Shown piece after piece: positions 53,187 to 64,000 of a stretch of 64,000 bases of DNA. The position numbers were made by a program, and so were the translations under genes. Where the stretch lies: positions 205,222,001 to 205,286,000 of the forward strand of contig NC_058368.1 in assembly GCF_018350175.1 (NCBI RefSeq), read 5' to 3'. Every line of letters begins with the position of its first letter. Within the stretch, counting starts at the first letter, position 1. This DNA is from Felis catus (lineage: Eukaryota). The notes under the pieces were generated by a model. It worked only from the letters and a program-made list of their open reading frames with translations. It searched no databases and had not been told where the DNA came from.

Positions 53187-53605
53187 AGAAGAAATTATTT
53201 ACTCAAGGCTTAGGTTGCTCTCAAAAAGAATTATGGAAAGAAAGAAAAAAATATATAACTTTACTTGCAATAGAAGGGAAGTAGATGACCATCCTGTATC
53301 TTATGTTTTCTTGCTCATATCTATCTTCTGTTTAACATGTCCAATCTTTTTTTGTGTTCTCTAGTCCAGTATTTCACTCCCCTCCTACAGACATTCCAAC
53401 TTGCCCCACCAAAGAAGGCTGTTTGACCCCTCCCAGAGCCCTTTTGCCATATAAGAACCTGGTTGCCTTATGTCGGGGCTAGATGCAAACAGAGGCTCCC
53501 CAAAGGCTGTTGGTGAATACTTAAATTTCAGTTCATTTTCCCATGATTAGTTGTGGCTGGTTTTCTCCATATTTTAGTTAAGAAATAGGCACATTTATCT
53601 AAGAC

Positions 53606-53745
53606 ATGAGTCAGCATACCATTTTTCTTTAAAGGGCTGCACAGTAAACACTTCGTCTTTGCAGACTGTATGATCTTTGTACTATATTCTAATAAAATTT
53701 TATTTATTAAAACAGGAGATAGGCAAGCATAGTTTAATGACCCCT
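53606..53745. mobile_element. MER58-like hAT MITE remnant
   Basis: 'ttttctttaaagggctgcacagtaaacacttcgtctttgcagac...ctaataaaattttatttattaaaacagg...catagtttaatgacccct'. Confidence 0.6.
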
Positions 53746-53882
53746 CACCAAAGCATTACTTTTCAGTAACATAGACTAATATCATATTCTAATATGCTAT
53801 CTCTCCTGTAGACACAACTTTTTCTAATCCTTTGCCCCTGCATACCTTCTCAAAACATAAGCAAATGAAAATGAAGCACTAT

Positions 53883-54305
53883 TGGCAGTAGACTTCTTCA
53901 GACCTAACTGATACTGTGCACCTTACCTCCATGACCTCTTTTGGACCCGCTCCTTCCAACACACTCTTAGCAGGAGTCCATCCAAAGGGGCACCACAAAG
54001 GTAGCGTTGTGCAAGCAGCTTTGTCAGGGACCAGCACAAACCCAGAGTGATTCCTGCCCCAGGAAGAGGGGAAGAAAACCACACACACCAGTTTGACTGT
54101 GGCCCCAGCAGTGGGCTGTGGGCAGACATCTGGTCTGACTACAGGCCCTGCACACCAATGAAAACAAAGACAGGGGTGCCTGGGTGGCTCAGCTGGTTAA
54201 GTGTCCAACTCGTGATTTTGGCTTAGGTCATTATCTCATGGTTTGTGAGTTCAAGGCAATGCACAGCCTGTTTGGGATTCTTTTTCTCCCTCTCTTCTCT
54301 GCCTC

Positions 54306-54369
<64 letters not shown>

Positions 54370-57300
54370 AAACTTAAAATAACAACAATAATAATAATAA
54401 ACATAAAGGAAGTAATCAATAGTAATACAATAGTAGTAGAGGACTTTAACACCCCACATACATAGATAGATCATCCAAACAGAAAATAAAAAAAGAAACA
54501 GTGGCTTTGAATGACACATTGACCCAGATGAATCTAACAGATATATTCAGAACATATCATCCTAAAACAGCACATACACATTCTTTTCGAGTGCACATGG
54601 AACATTCTCCAGAATAGATCACATATTAGGTCACAAAACAAGTCTCAACACATTTAAAGATTAAATGCATACCATGCATCTTTTCCAATCACAATGCTAT
54701 GAAAATAGCACATGAAAATAATCTGTAAAACACAAATACATGGAGGATAAATGAAATTCTACTAAACAATGAATAGGTCAACCAAAACCTCAAAGAGGAA
54801 ATAAGCAATACATGGAGATGAATGAAAATGAAAACACAATGGTCCAAAATCACTGGGATGCAGCAAAAGCCATTCAGAGAGGGAAGTTTATCGCAATATA
54901 GACCTACCTGAAGAAGCAAGAAAATCTCAAATAAACAATCTAGTCTTACACCAAAAGGAGCTAGAAAAAGAAGAACAAACAAAATATAAAACCAGCAGAA
55001 GGAAGAAAATAATAAAGATTACAGCTGAAATAAATGAAAAAAACAAAAACAAAAACAATAGAACCAACCAATGAAACCAGGAGCTTGTTGTTTAAAAAGA
55101 TTTAAAAAAATTAATAAACCTCTAGTCAGACTCATTAAAAAGAGAGAATAAGAGAAAGAGAATTCAAATCAACAAAATCACAAATGAAAGAGGAGAAAGA
55201 AGAACTGGCACCACAGAAACAAAGGATTATAAAAGAATAGTATCAAAAATTACATGCCAGCAAATTGGAAAACCTAGAAGAAATGGATAAATTCCTATAA
55301 ACATATAACCTCCCAAAACTAAATCAGGAAGAAATAGAAAATTTGAACAAACCAATTACCTGCAATGAAATTAAATCAGTAATCAAAGAACTGCCAAAAA
55401 CCAAAAGTCCAGGACCAAATGGTTTCACAGGTGAATTTTACCAAACATTTAAAGAAGAGTTAATACCTATTCTTCTCAAACTATTTCAAAAACCAGAAGA
55501 GGAAGGAAAGCTTCCAAATTCATTCTGTGAGTCCAGCACTACCCTGATACTAAAACCAGATAAAGACAACACAAAAAAAGAGAACTACAAGCCAATATCT
55601 CTGATGAACATAGATGCAAAAATACTCAACAAAATATTAGCAAATCAAATCCAACAGTACATTAAAAAAATCATTTACCATAATCAAGCGGGATTTATTC
55701 CTTAGATGCAAGGTGGCTCAATATTCACAAATCAATCAGTGTGACTGATACATCACATCAACAAGAGGAAGCATAAAAACCATATGATCCTTTCAATAGA
55801 TGCAGAGAATGTATTTGACAAAATACAACATCCATTCATGATAAAAGCTCTCAAGAAAGTAGCTTTAGAGAAAACATATCTTAACAAAATAAAGTATCAT
55901 GTTAAATACTTAACATAATAAACCCATAGCTAACATCATACTCAATGGGGAAACAACAGAGCTTTTCCCTAAGATCAGTAACAAGACAAGGATGTCCATT
56001 CTCACCACTTTTGTTTTCACTGGAAGTCCTAGCTAGAGAAACCAGACGAGACGAAGAAATAAAAGCCACCCAGATTGGAAAGAAAGAAGTAAAACTTTCA
56101 CTATTTGCAGATAATACAATACTATATATAGATAACCCTAAAGACTCCACCAAAAAACTACTAGAACTGATAAAGGAATTTAGTGAGTTCACAGAATGCA
56201 AAATCAATGTACAGAAATATACTTCATTTCTATGAACTAATAATGAATCAGCAGAAAGAGAAAATATGAAAACAGTCCCATTTACAAATACACCAAAAAT
56301 AATAAAATACTTAGGAATAAACTTAACCAAGGAGATGAAAGATCTGTACTCTGAAAACTATAAACATTGATGAAAGAAACTGAAGATGACACAAACAAAT
56401 GGAAAGATATTTCATGCTCATGGATTGGGAGAATATCATTAAAATGTCTACACTACCCAAAGCAATCTACACATTTAATGCAATCCCTATGAAAATACCA
56501 ACAGCATTTTTCACGGAACTAGAACAAATAATCCTAAAATTTATATGGAACCATGAAAGACCCCCAATAGCCAAAGCAATCTTGAAAAAGAACAAAGCTG
56601 GAGATATCACAATCCCAGATTTCTAGTTCTACTATAAATCTATAGTACTCCAAACAGTATGGTACTGACACAAAAACAGACACATTGATCAATGGAACAG
56701 AATAGAGAGCCCAGAAATAAACTCACAATTGTATGCTCAATTAATCTTAGACAAAGGAGACAAGAATATGCCAAGGGAAAGACAGTTTCTTCAACAAATG
56801 ATGTGAAAACTGGACAACTATTGGCAAAAGAATGAAACCAGACCATGCTCTTATGCCATACAGAAAAATAAACTTAAAATGGATTAAAGACCTAAATATG
56901 AGACCTGAAACCATAAAAACCCTAAAAGAGTGCAGAGGCAGTAAATTCTCAGACACTGGCCCTGACAACATTTTTCTAGGTATGTCTCCTAAGACAAGAA
57001 AAACAAAAGTAAAAATAAACTATTGAGACTACATCAAAATTAAAAGCTTCTGTACAGCAAAGGAAACAACCCACAAAACTAAAAGACAACCTACTGAATG
57101 AGAGAAGATATTTGCAAATGACATATCTGACAAATGGTTAATAACCAAAATATATAAAGAACTTATACCACATCCACCCACCCCCCACACACACACTAAT
57201 CCAATTAAAAATGGGGATAAGACATGAACAGGCATTTCTCCAAAAAAGACACCCAGAGGGTCAACAGACACATGAAAAGATACTCAACATCACTCATCAT

Positions 57301-58059
57301 GAGAGAAATGCAAATAAAAACCACAATGAGATAACACCTCACACCCACCAGAATGGCTAAAATAAAAAACACAAGAAACAACAAGTATTGTAAGTATGTG
57401 GACAAAGAGAAAAACATTGTTGGTGGGAATGCAAATTGGTACAGCCACTGTGGAAAACAGTATGGAGGTTTCCCAAAAACTTAAAAATAGATTTACCATA
57501 TGATCCAGTAATTCCACTACTGGATATTTAACCAAATAATATGAAAACACTAATTTGGAAAGATATATGCCCACCTATGTTTATTGCAGCATTTTTACAG
57601 TAACCAAATTATGGAAACAACACAAGTGCCTATTGATAGATGACTGGATAAAGAAGATGTGCTACACATATAGAATGGAATATTACTCAGCCATAAAAAG
57701 AATGAAATCTTGCCATTTGCAACAACATGGATGGATCTAGAGGGTATTATGCTAAGTGAAATAAGTTAGAGAAAGACGAATACCATATGATTTCATTCAT
57801 ATATGGAATTTAAGAAACAAAACCAATTAAAAAAGAAAAAAAGAGACAAATGAAAGAACAGACTATTAACTATAGAGAACAAACTGATGGTTACCAGAGG
57901 AGGTAGGTAGGCAGATGGGTGAAATAGGTGAAAGGGATTAAGAGTGCACTTATCATGAGCACTGAGTAATGTATAGAATTGTTAATCACTATATTGTACA
58001 CCTGAAACTAACATAACCCTGAACGTTAACTACACTTATTTTTTAAAATTCTACCAAAA
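53883..58059 (+). mobile_element. Older carnivore L1: partial 5'UTR, SINE-replaced ORF1 region, most of ORF2 and 3'UTR
   Basis: ORF2 motifs [39 protein letters not shown] and LFADNTILY. TSD aaaatgaagcactat (53868-53882) / aaaatgaagtactat (58060-58074). Confidence 0.93.
54173..54400 (+). mobile_element. CanSINE with internal deletion and expanded (TC)n; no TSD found
   Basis: Head 'ggggtgcctgggtggctcagctggttaag'. Body shortened at 'gagttcaaggcaatgcacagcctg'. (TC)n tract at 54307-54366. Confidence 0.9.
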
Positions 58060-58148
58060 AAAATGAAGTACTATCATTATACTAAGGAGGACTTGATTAT
58101 TTCATAGATCTGGCTCTCATCCCAAAGCCTCCATTTATATTTATTTGT

Positions 58149-58368
58149 TGTTGTTTTTTTTTTTTAACATTTATTTATTTTTGAGACAGAGAGAGACAGA
58201 GCATGAACGGGGGAGGGGCAGAGAGAGAGGGAGACACAGAGTCGGAAACAGGCTCCAGGCTCTGAGCCATCAGCCCAGAGCCCGACACGAGGCTCGAACT
58301 CACGGACTGCGAGATCGTGACCTGAGCTGAAGTCGGAGGCTCAACCGACTGAGCCACCCAGGCGCCCC
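58149..58368 (-). mobile_element. Young CanSINE
   Basis: CpG-rich antisense SINEC_Fc. TSD tatatttatttgtt. Confidence 0.96.
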
Positions 58369-58857
58369 TATATTTATTTGTTTTATGGTCCTGTTTCCAG
58401 TTCATTCCATCATGCAGACAAAAAATATTCATCAAGTTCTTACGATGTGACTATCATTATGGTAACCTTTGAAAATTAAATAGAGAAGTATAGCATATAT
58501 CATCTTTCCTCAGTGAGTTTATAAATGAATTGTGGAGATACACACACAAATTAAATGACAATACAAAACTATAATTCAAGAAGTATGACAAAGCAATATT
58601 GGATTAGATGTCTACTTAGTGGCACAGAAAATAAATGCAGTGTTCAGAGGAAGGCTATTGACACTATCAGAGAAGGCTAGGGAGAAAGGACTTTACCTGG
58701 GACACAAATTATTAATACAATTTAGATAAACAGCTTATGCATTTTTCCAATAAATTTGAGGAACCTATAAACTCACAACCTAAGCAAAAATTCAGAGCAA
58801 AAAATGCATGTACATATTCAGACAACAGTAAGCAAACTCAGTTGAAAACAGAGTTTG

Positions 58858-59076
58858 GGGGCGCCTGGGTGGCTCAGTCGGTTGAGCGTCTGACTTCAGC
58901 TCGGATCATGATCTCACACTCTGTGAGTTCGAGCCCCGCGTCGGGCTCTGTGCTGACAGCTCAGAGCCCGGGGCCTGTTTCAGATTCTGTGTCTCCCTCT
59001 CTCTCTGACCCTCCCCCGTTCATGCTCTGTCTCTGTCTCAAAAATAAATAAAACGTTAAAAAAATTAAAAAAAAAA
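58858..59076 (+). mobile_element. Young CanSINE
   Basis: CpG-rich sense SINEC_Fc. TSD agagtttg. Confidence 0.96.
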
Positions 59077-59198
59077 AGAGTTTGTAGGTATAGCACAGCA
59101 GCACTTTTTACAATTATTTTTATTCCCAACTAAAATGGGAAACTGAGAAATTATTTAACTAACTCAGTGGTGGAACTTGCTTCAGACAGGATTAAGAC

Positions 59199-59409
59199 TA
59201 TATTATTATTTTAATTATATTATTATTATATGATATATGATATATTATATAATATATAATATATATTACATATATTATATATTATATATAATATATTACA
59301 TATATTATATATAATATATTGTATTATATTATTATTTATAATTATTAATTATTATTATATTATTATTTCATTATTTAATTATTATTATGATTAGATATTA
59401 GATATAATA
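59199..59409. repeat. AT-rich low-complexity tract abutting duplication copy 2
   Basis: About 210 bp of TAT/ATA units with very few G or C. Confidence 0.95.
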
Positions 59410-60367
59410 TCTAGATATTTCTAGATCAGTGATCACACGTGTGTATGTAGTGAGTGTGATGTGTGTGTGTAGATGTGTAAAGAGATTTTATGTCTTTTGT
59501 TCATTTTGGGAAAAACACAAAAAAGTGAAACTCTGATTCTTTTCTTTGATAATTATTCTGAGCCATAGATGGCAATTAATCTGACAATCTCATTCTTACT
59601 TCCTGTCCTTTGGGAGGTAAGATTGTTTGTGAACCTTAATTATTGTTTGTAAAGCTACCATATTTTTCTCCTTTGCTGAGAGAGAAAGTTCCCCTAAAAT
59701 AGACATTGAAGAGATAAAAGTTCTGCTTTGGGAAATTTAGAAATATGAAAGTCAGCTGAGTGAAGGGGGGAACAAAGAAATCAGAAGAACAGCTTTCCTC
59801 ATTCATTGAACAAACACATATTGTTTATGTTCCAGGTTCTCTTCTAAATACTGACGGTGGGAGAGGGGGCAGGGAGTAAGCACGTGAGATCAACATACCT
59901 ATACTTAAACTACAGCGGGAGAAACTGAGAATGAAAACACATACACAATAACTTATTTAGAATATAAACCGCAGATAGGTACTTTTTTAAAAATCAGGGA
60001 AAGAGACAGAGTGTAGGTCAGGTACATTTTACCTAAGGAAGGTGTATTAGTTTTCTATTGCTCTATAACAAATTTATCACAAATTTAGTTGCCTAATACT
60101 ATATCCATCTTGACTTTGGTGGTCTGCTGCTTAGGATCTCACAAAGCTGCAATCAAGAATAAGTTGGCTGGGGCGCCTGGGTGGCTTGTCGGTTAAGCGA
60201 CTGACTTGGGCTCAGGTCATGATCTTGCAGTTTGTGAGTTCGAGCCCTGTGTCAGGCTCTGTGCTGACAGCTCAGAGCCTGGAGCCTGCTTCAGTTTCTA
60301 TGTCTCCTCCTCTCTCTACCCCTTCCCTGCTCACATTCTGTGTCTCTCTGTCTCTCAGTAATAAAAA
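59410..60367 (+). repeat. Copy 2 (derived) of the ~960-bp duplication, including the duplicated SINE at 60170-60367
   Basis: Matches 51755-52715. Ends inside the SINE tail and lacks the second TSD and the MLT1 continuation. Confidence 0.97.
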
Positions 60368-60571
60368 CAACAGTTTTTTAACCCTATTGAAAAATCATTG
60401 AAATTGTTTCCTATCATTTGCTGTCACATTAGTAAAATGAACACCCTATATGTTGTATTTGTAAAGGCATACAAATAAGTGTTTCTGTAGGATTCAATTC
60501 TCTAGTCAAATGATAGGTGCATTATACATTTTAAAAGATATAGTAGAAATTTTCCCAGTGGAACTTCTAGA

Positions 60572-61201
60572 TCAGTGCTGTCCAATAAAATATAATGCAA
60601 TCCAAACATGTAATTTAAGTTTTTAGTAGCCACAGAAAGAAAAAAGATAAAGATAATAAAAATAAAAAATAAAAAATAAAATAAAATAAAATATTTTAAA
60701 TATTAAAATAAAATATTAAATATTAAATATTAACTATTAAAATATTAAATATTAAATATTAAAATAAAAATAAAAATAAAAAATAAAAAGATAAAATTAA
60801 TATTCTTCAGCATATATTTTATTTAACCCATTATGCCCAAAAGATTATAATTTCAGCATGTAACCAATATAAAAAGTTATTAAAGAGATATTTTACATTC
60901 TTTTTATCTTCAAAATCTAGTGTGTATTTTACACTTGCTGTATATCTTAGTGCAGATGCTAAATTTTATAAGTAATATTTGATTTATATTTAAATTTCAC
61001 ATATACGTAGTTGTAAAAATAGATTTACATATCAAAGTTGCTCTAAATATATTTAAAAGCTTTTCAATTATTGAATTATTGGTTTTTTAATTTAACTTTA
61101 ATTTATATTAAATTTAAAAAAATTCAGTTCTGTTAAACTAATCTCATTTCAAGCACTTAATAGTCAAGTGTAGCTAATGGCTATGGTACTAGATAGTACA
61201 G
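60572..61201. mobile_element. MER33/Charlie5-like hAT element with expanded AT tract
   Basis: Starts 'cagtgctgtccaataaaatataatgc' and ends 'tagtcaagtgtagctaatggctatggtactagatagtacag'. Confidence 0.8.
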
Positions 61202-61614
61202 ATATAAATTAACCAGATTAACCAAAACTTTCCATTCTCTCTGTTCACCAAACTGACTGACAAAAAGTAAATATTTGCAGCTAGGAAGGTACCCTTTGGT
61301 AGCACTAACAATAGCATTTTTCCTGCCAATTGAGTTTTATATTTACAAGGATGAAGTTGCATTGCTATGAAATATGGTTGATCTCTTTGTTTTGTAATTG
61401 TAATTGTGCAATTTGATCAACATTACAAAACATTGATGTAAAATGAATTCATTGCTTTGGAAAAACTTAATAAAGGAACATTCACTTAATAACAATCTAT
61501 TGATTTAGAACTGGACAAGATGACCGTAAATGCTTGGGAAAACACTATAAAAATATAGAAGAATCCTGTACTCCTTTTGCTTGGTAAATTTTTTTAAATT
61601 CTTGCTACACTTTA

Positions 61615-61836
61615 GGGATGCCTGGGTGGCTCTGTCAGTTAAGCCTCTGACTCGGTTTCCACTCAGGTCACGATCTCATGCTCCCTGGGTTTGAGCCCCA
61701 CATTGGGCTCTGCGATGGTGGCACAAAGCCAGCTTGGGATTCTCCCTCTCTCCCTCTCTTTGTTCCTCCCCCACTCGTGCTGTCTCTGTCTCTCTCAAAA
61801 TAAATAAATACACTTTAAAAAATAAAAAATAAATAA
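61615..61836 (+). mobile_element. CanSINE
   Basis: Sense SINE. TSD taaattcttgctacacttt/taaattcctgctacacttt. Confidence 0.95.
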
Positions 61837-62959
61837 ATAAATTCCTGCTACACTTTGAAAGGACAGAAACTGGAAATAATAAACAATTTGGGGGCTAACT
61901 ATTGAGATAATCATATAATTTTCCTCCTCTTAACTGTTCAAGTAATTGCATCAAGAGTTTTACTAATATTTTATTTCTATGCTTTCAAGTTACTCCCTTA
62001 ATACACTATTGAGTTTAAATTGTTATTATCATTATTTTTGTACTTATTTGTATTTTTATTTTTCCATGCCTGATTTCTAGCATCCAATGCCTGCCCTGAA
62101 GCCATTTACATATTTTTAAGAATTGCATGACCTGAGGCCCTATGTCTGATAGAAGATACGATGACAAACTGCGTTCTTCTCAGGCAATTGCTTCAGATTT
62201 CCGTTAGACATACATGGCATAGCTGTTCTCAGTCTCTAATGGACATAAATAAGGCAGAATAAATCGGTTCTTTATTTGGTAAATGGGAAGATCCTAAATT
62301 ACTTTCTTTGTGTCTCCCAGTGTGAACTAGAAATAAAAGGCACATTTTCCTTTGTACAGTCTATTGCCTGAAGTGTAGAGAAAATGAGTAATATCATTTG
62401 AAACACTATCTAAATAATGCTGCTTAATTAGTTTTCTGCTTTAATTTCATATCACTCTCTTTAGCAATTTAATGTTTTTGGCTGCAAGTAACAGACCAAC
62501 ATTATAGAAATGTAAAGACCTTTATTTCAACAAAGAGGGTTGTATAAAAAAAAGAAAACGTTTGCACTACCGGTAGATAGAATTTTTAAATGAGTGTCAT
62601 GATTTAGTAACCAGATCCAAACATACATTTATTTCTTCCCTTGTGATCTTTTTTCAAATATTAACCATTACAACAAAATATTAAAATAGTCTGATTTTAC
62701 AAATAGACCATTAATTGTGTATTAGAAAATGTTTTAAAAAGAACTTTTTAAAAGTTGCATGTTCAATTTTTATTTCTCAAAATATTATATATTAATAACA
62801 TCTTAATATGTTAGTGAGAATACAATGTTTCTGTATCACTAATAAAAGAAAATAAAAATATTATTTATCTAAAATTATAAAAAAGAAGTAACTATATAGG
62901 TGATTGCAAGGTTGGTTTGTGGTTTGATTATGCCAAGAAGGATCTAGACCTTTAAGTTT

Positions 62960-63235
62960 TCTATTCTGTTACCCTTGTGCTGCGGTTATGTCTCTTCTCA
63001 TGGTTGCAGCATGACTGTTAAAGTTCCAAGCATCATGCAATTCTATAACAGCATCCCAGGAAGAAAAGATAAAGATGGAGGGAAATAGAGCGTTCCTCCT
63101 AGATCTCTTTCTATCAGAAAGGATTATCTTTTGCAGAATTCCCAATAGATTTCTCTTTGTATCTCATTGCTCAGAACTGGGTTATATGCTACTTCTGGCT
63201 GCAAGAGACTTTAAGAAAGTGAGTATCTCTTTTTT
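62960..63235 (-). mobile_element. MLT1J-like LTR fragment
   Basis: 'tctcttctcatggttgcagcatgactg...ttccaagcatcat...tctcattgctcagaactgggttatatgctac...ctgcaagagac'. Confidence 0.65.
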
Positions 63236-64000
63236 CGGCTCTAGCTGCAGGCGGGCATAAAAATGGGAATGGGGATGGTGGTGGGGGGCGGGAGGGAGCT
63301 GGAGAAAAGGAATTGGGAATGGCTAATAGATTAAAAACAAACACTATCCTGTTTCACTGCTCTATTTTTCTTTTAATTAATTAATACGTTTGATTTTTTT
63401 CTATTTTTCCTTTGTGCTTATCCAAGTTGATATCAGTTTTCCCTTATAGGACTTAATACTTCTATCCAAACACTTTTAATGTTTTTCCTGATTCATTGAG
63501 TACATCCCAGCCAGTCCCTTTTAACTTGCTTGGCTTTCTTTTGTGCCATCACTTTGAGGGCAAGTCTCAGCTTCTGTTTCTAACATAAATACTAGGTGGT
63601 CGCCACATTCCAAATAGTTCATCACACTTGAGATGTTTTCAGTCACTTGCTTCAAAACATAATCTCATGAGATCAGACTCTCCATTCTCCTGTTATTTCC
63701 AAAAGCACACTTTAGTGCTCATGTTTCCATGGCATACTTTTTCCCTTAGCAATATCAGATTAATGAAATTCCCTCTGACCATTCTTCTGTCAGAGTAGAA
63801 AGAGTCAAGGTCAGAATCTTCTTTCCAGCCTCTGACTAAAGTAGAATTGGCATTAGGAGAGTGCCATATTAATACATTCATGCTTAGATAAAAGAGATTC
63901 TTACGAAACTGAGCTTGGATTTAGACAAATATAGGTATATCTGATAAATTGTGAGCATCACCAGCCTGAAGGCATGGGTTGATGTGAGTACAGAGAAAAA

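Noticed and set aside
4043..60401. Recurrent 'GAWVAQSV...AQVMISWFV...' ORFs resembling a gene family; tRNA-like heads
   Set aside because: All are readings of CanSINE sequence. The tRNA-derived heads are SINE promoters, not tRNA genes.
1..64000. CRISPR array, operon or other prokaryote-type system
   Set aside because: The DNA is mammalian. There are no regularly spaced repeats with unique spacers and no long non-repeat ORFs.

Overview
This is AT-rich, repeat-dense mammalian genomic DNA, almost certainly from a cat-family (Felidae) genome. The evidence is 27 tRNA-derived CanSINEs of SINEC_Fc type and several carnivore/felid L1 copies. I cannot support any protein-coding exon, RNA gene or CpG island, so the window looks intergenic or deep-intronic. 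The long ORFs in the track are broken L1 ORF2 or SINE readings. Other content includes an ERVL internal relic with an LTR16-like LTR, MLT/MER21-like LTRs, L2 and MIR fragments, hAT MITEs and microsatellites. Repeat family names come from recalled consensus similarity and need RepeatMasker/Dfam confirmation. I see no new gene system. The most unusual signals concern genome dynamics: (1) a ~960-bp direct duplication 7.65 kb apart, with ~5% diverged flanks but a 528-bp perfectly identical core, suggesting gene conversion; (2) two otherwise divergent inverted SINEs sharing an exact 35-bp derived block; (3) one L1-endonuclease target site reused by both a SINE and an L1; (4) an L1 whose ORF1 has been replaced by a SINE lacking a TSD.
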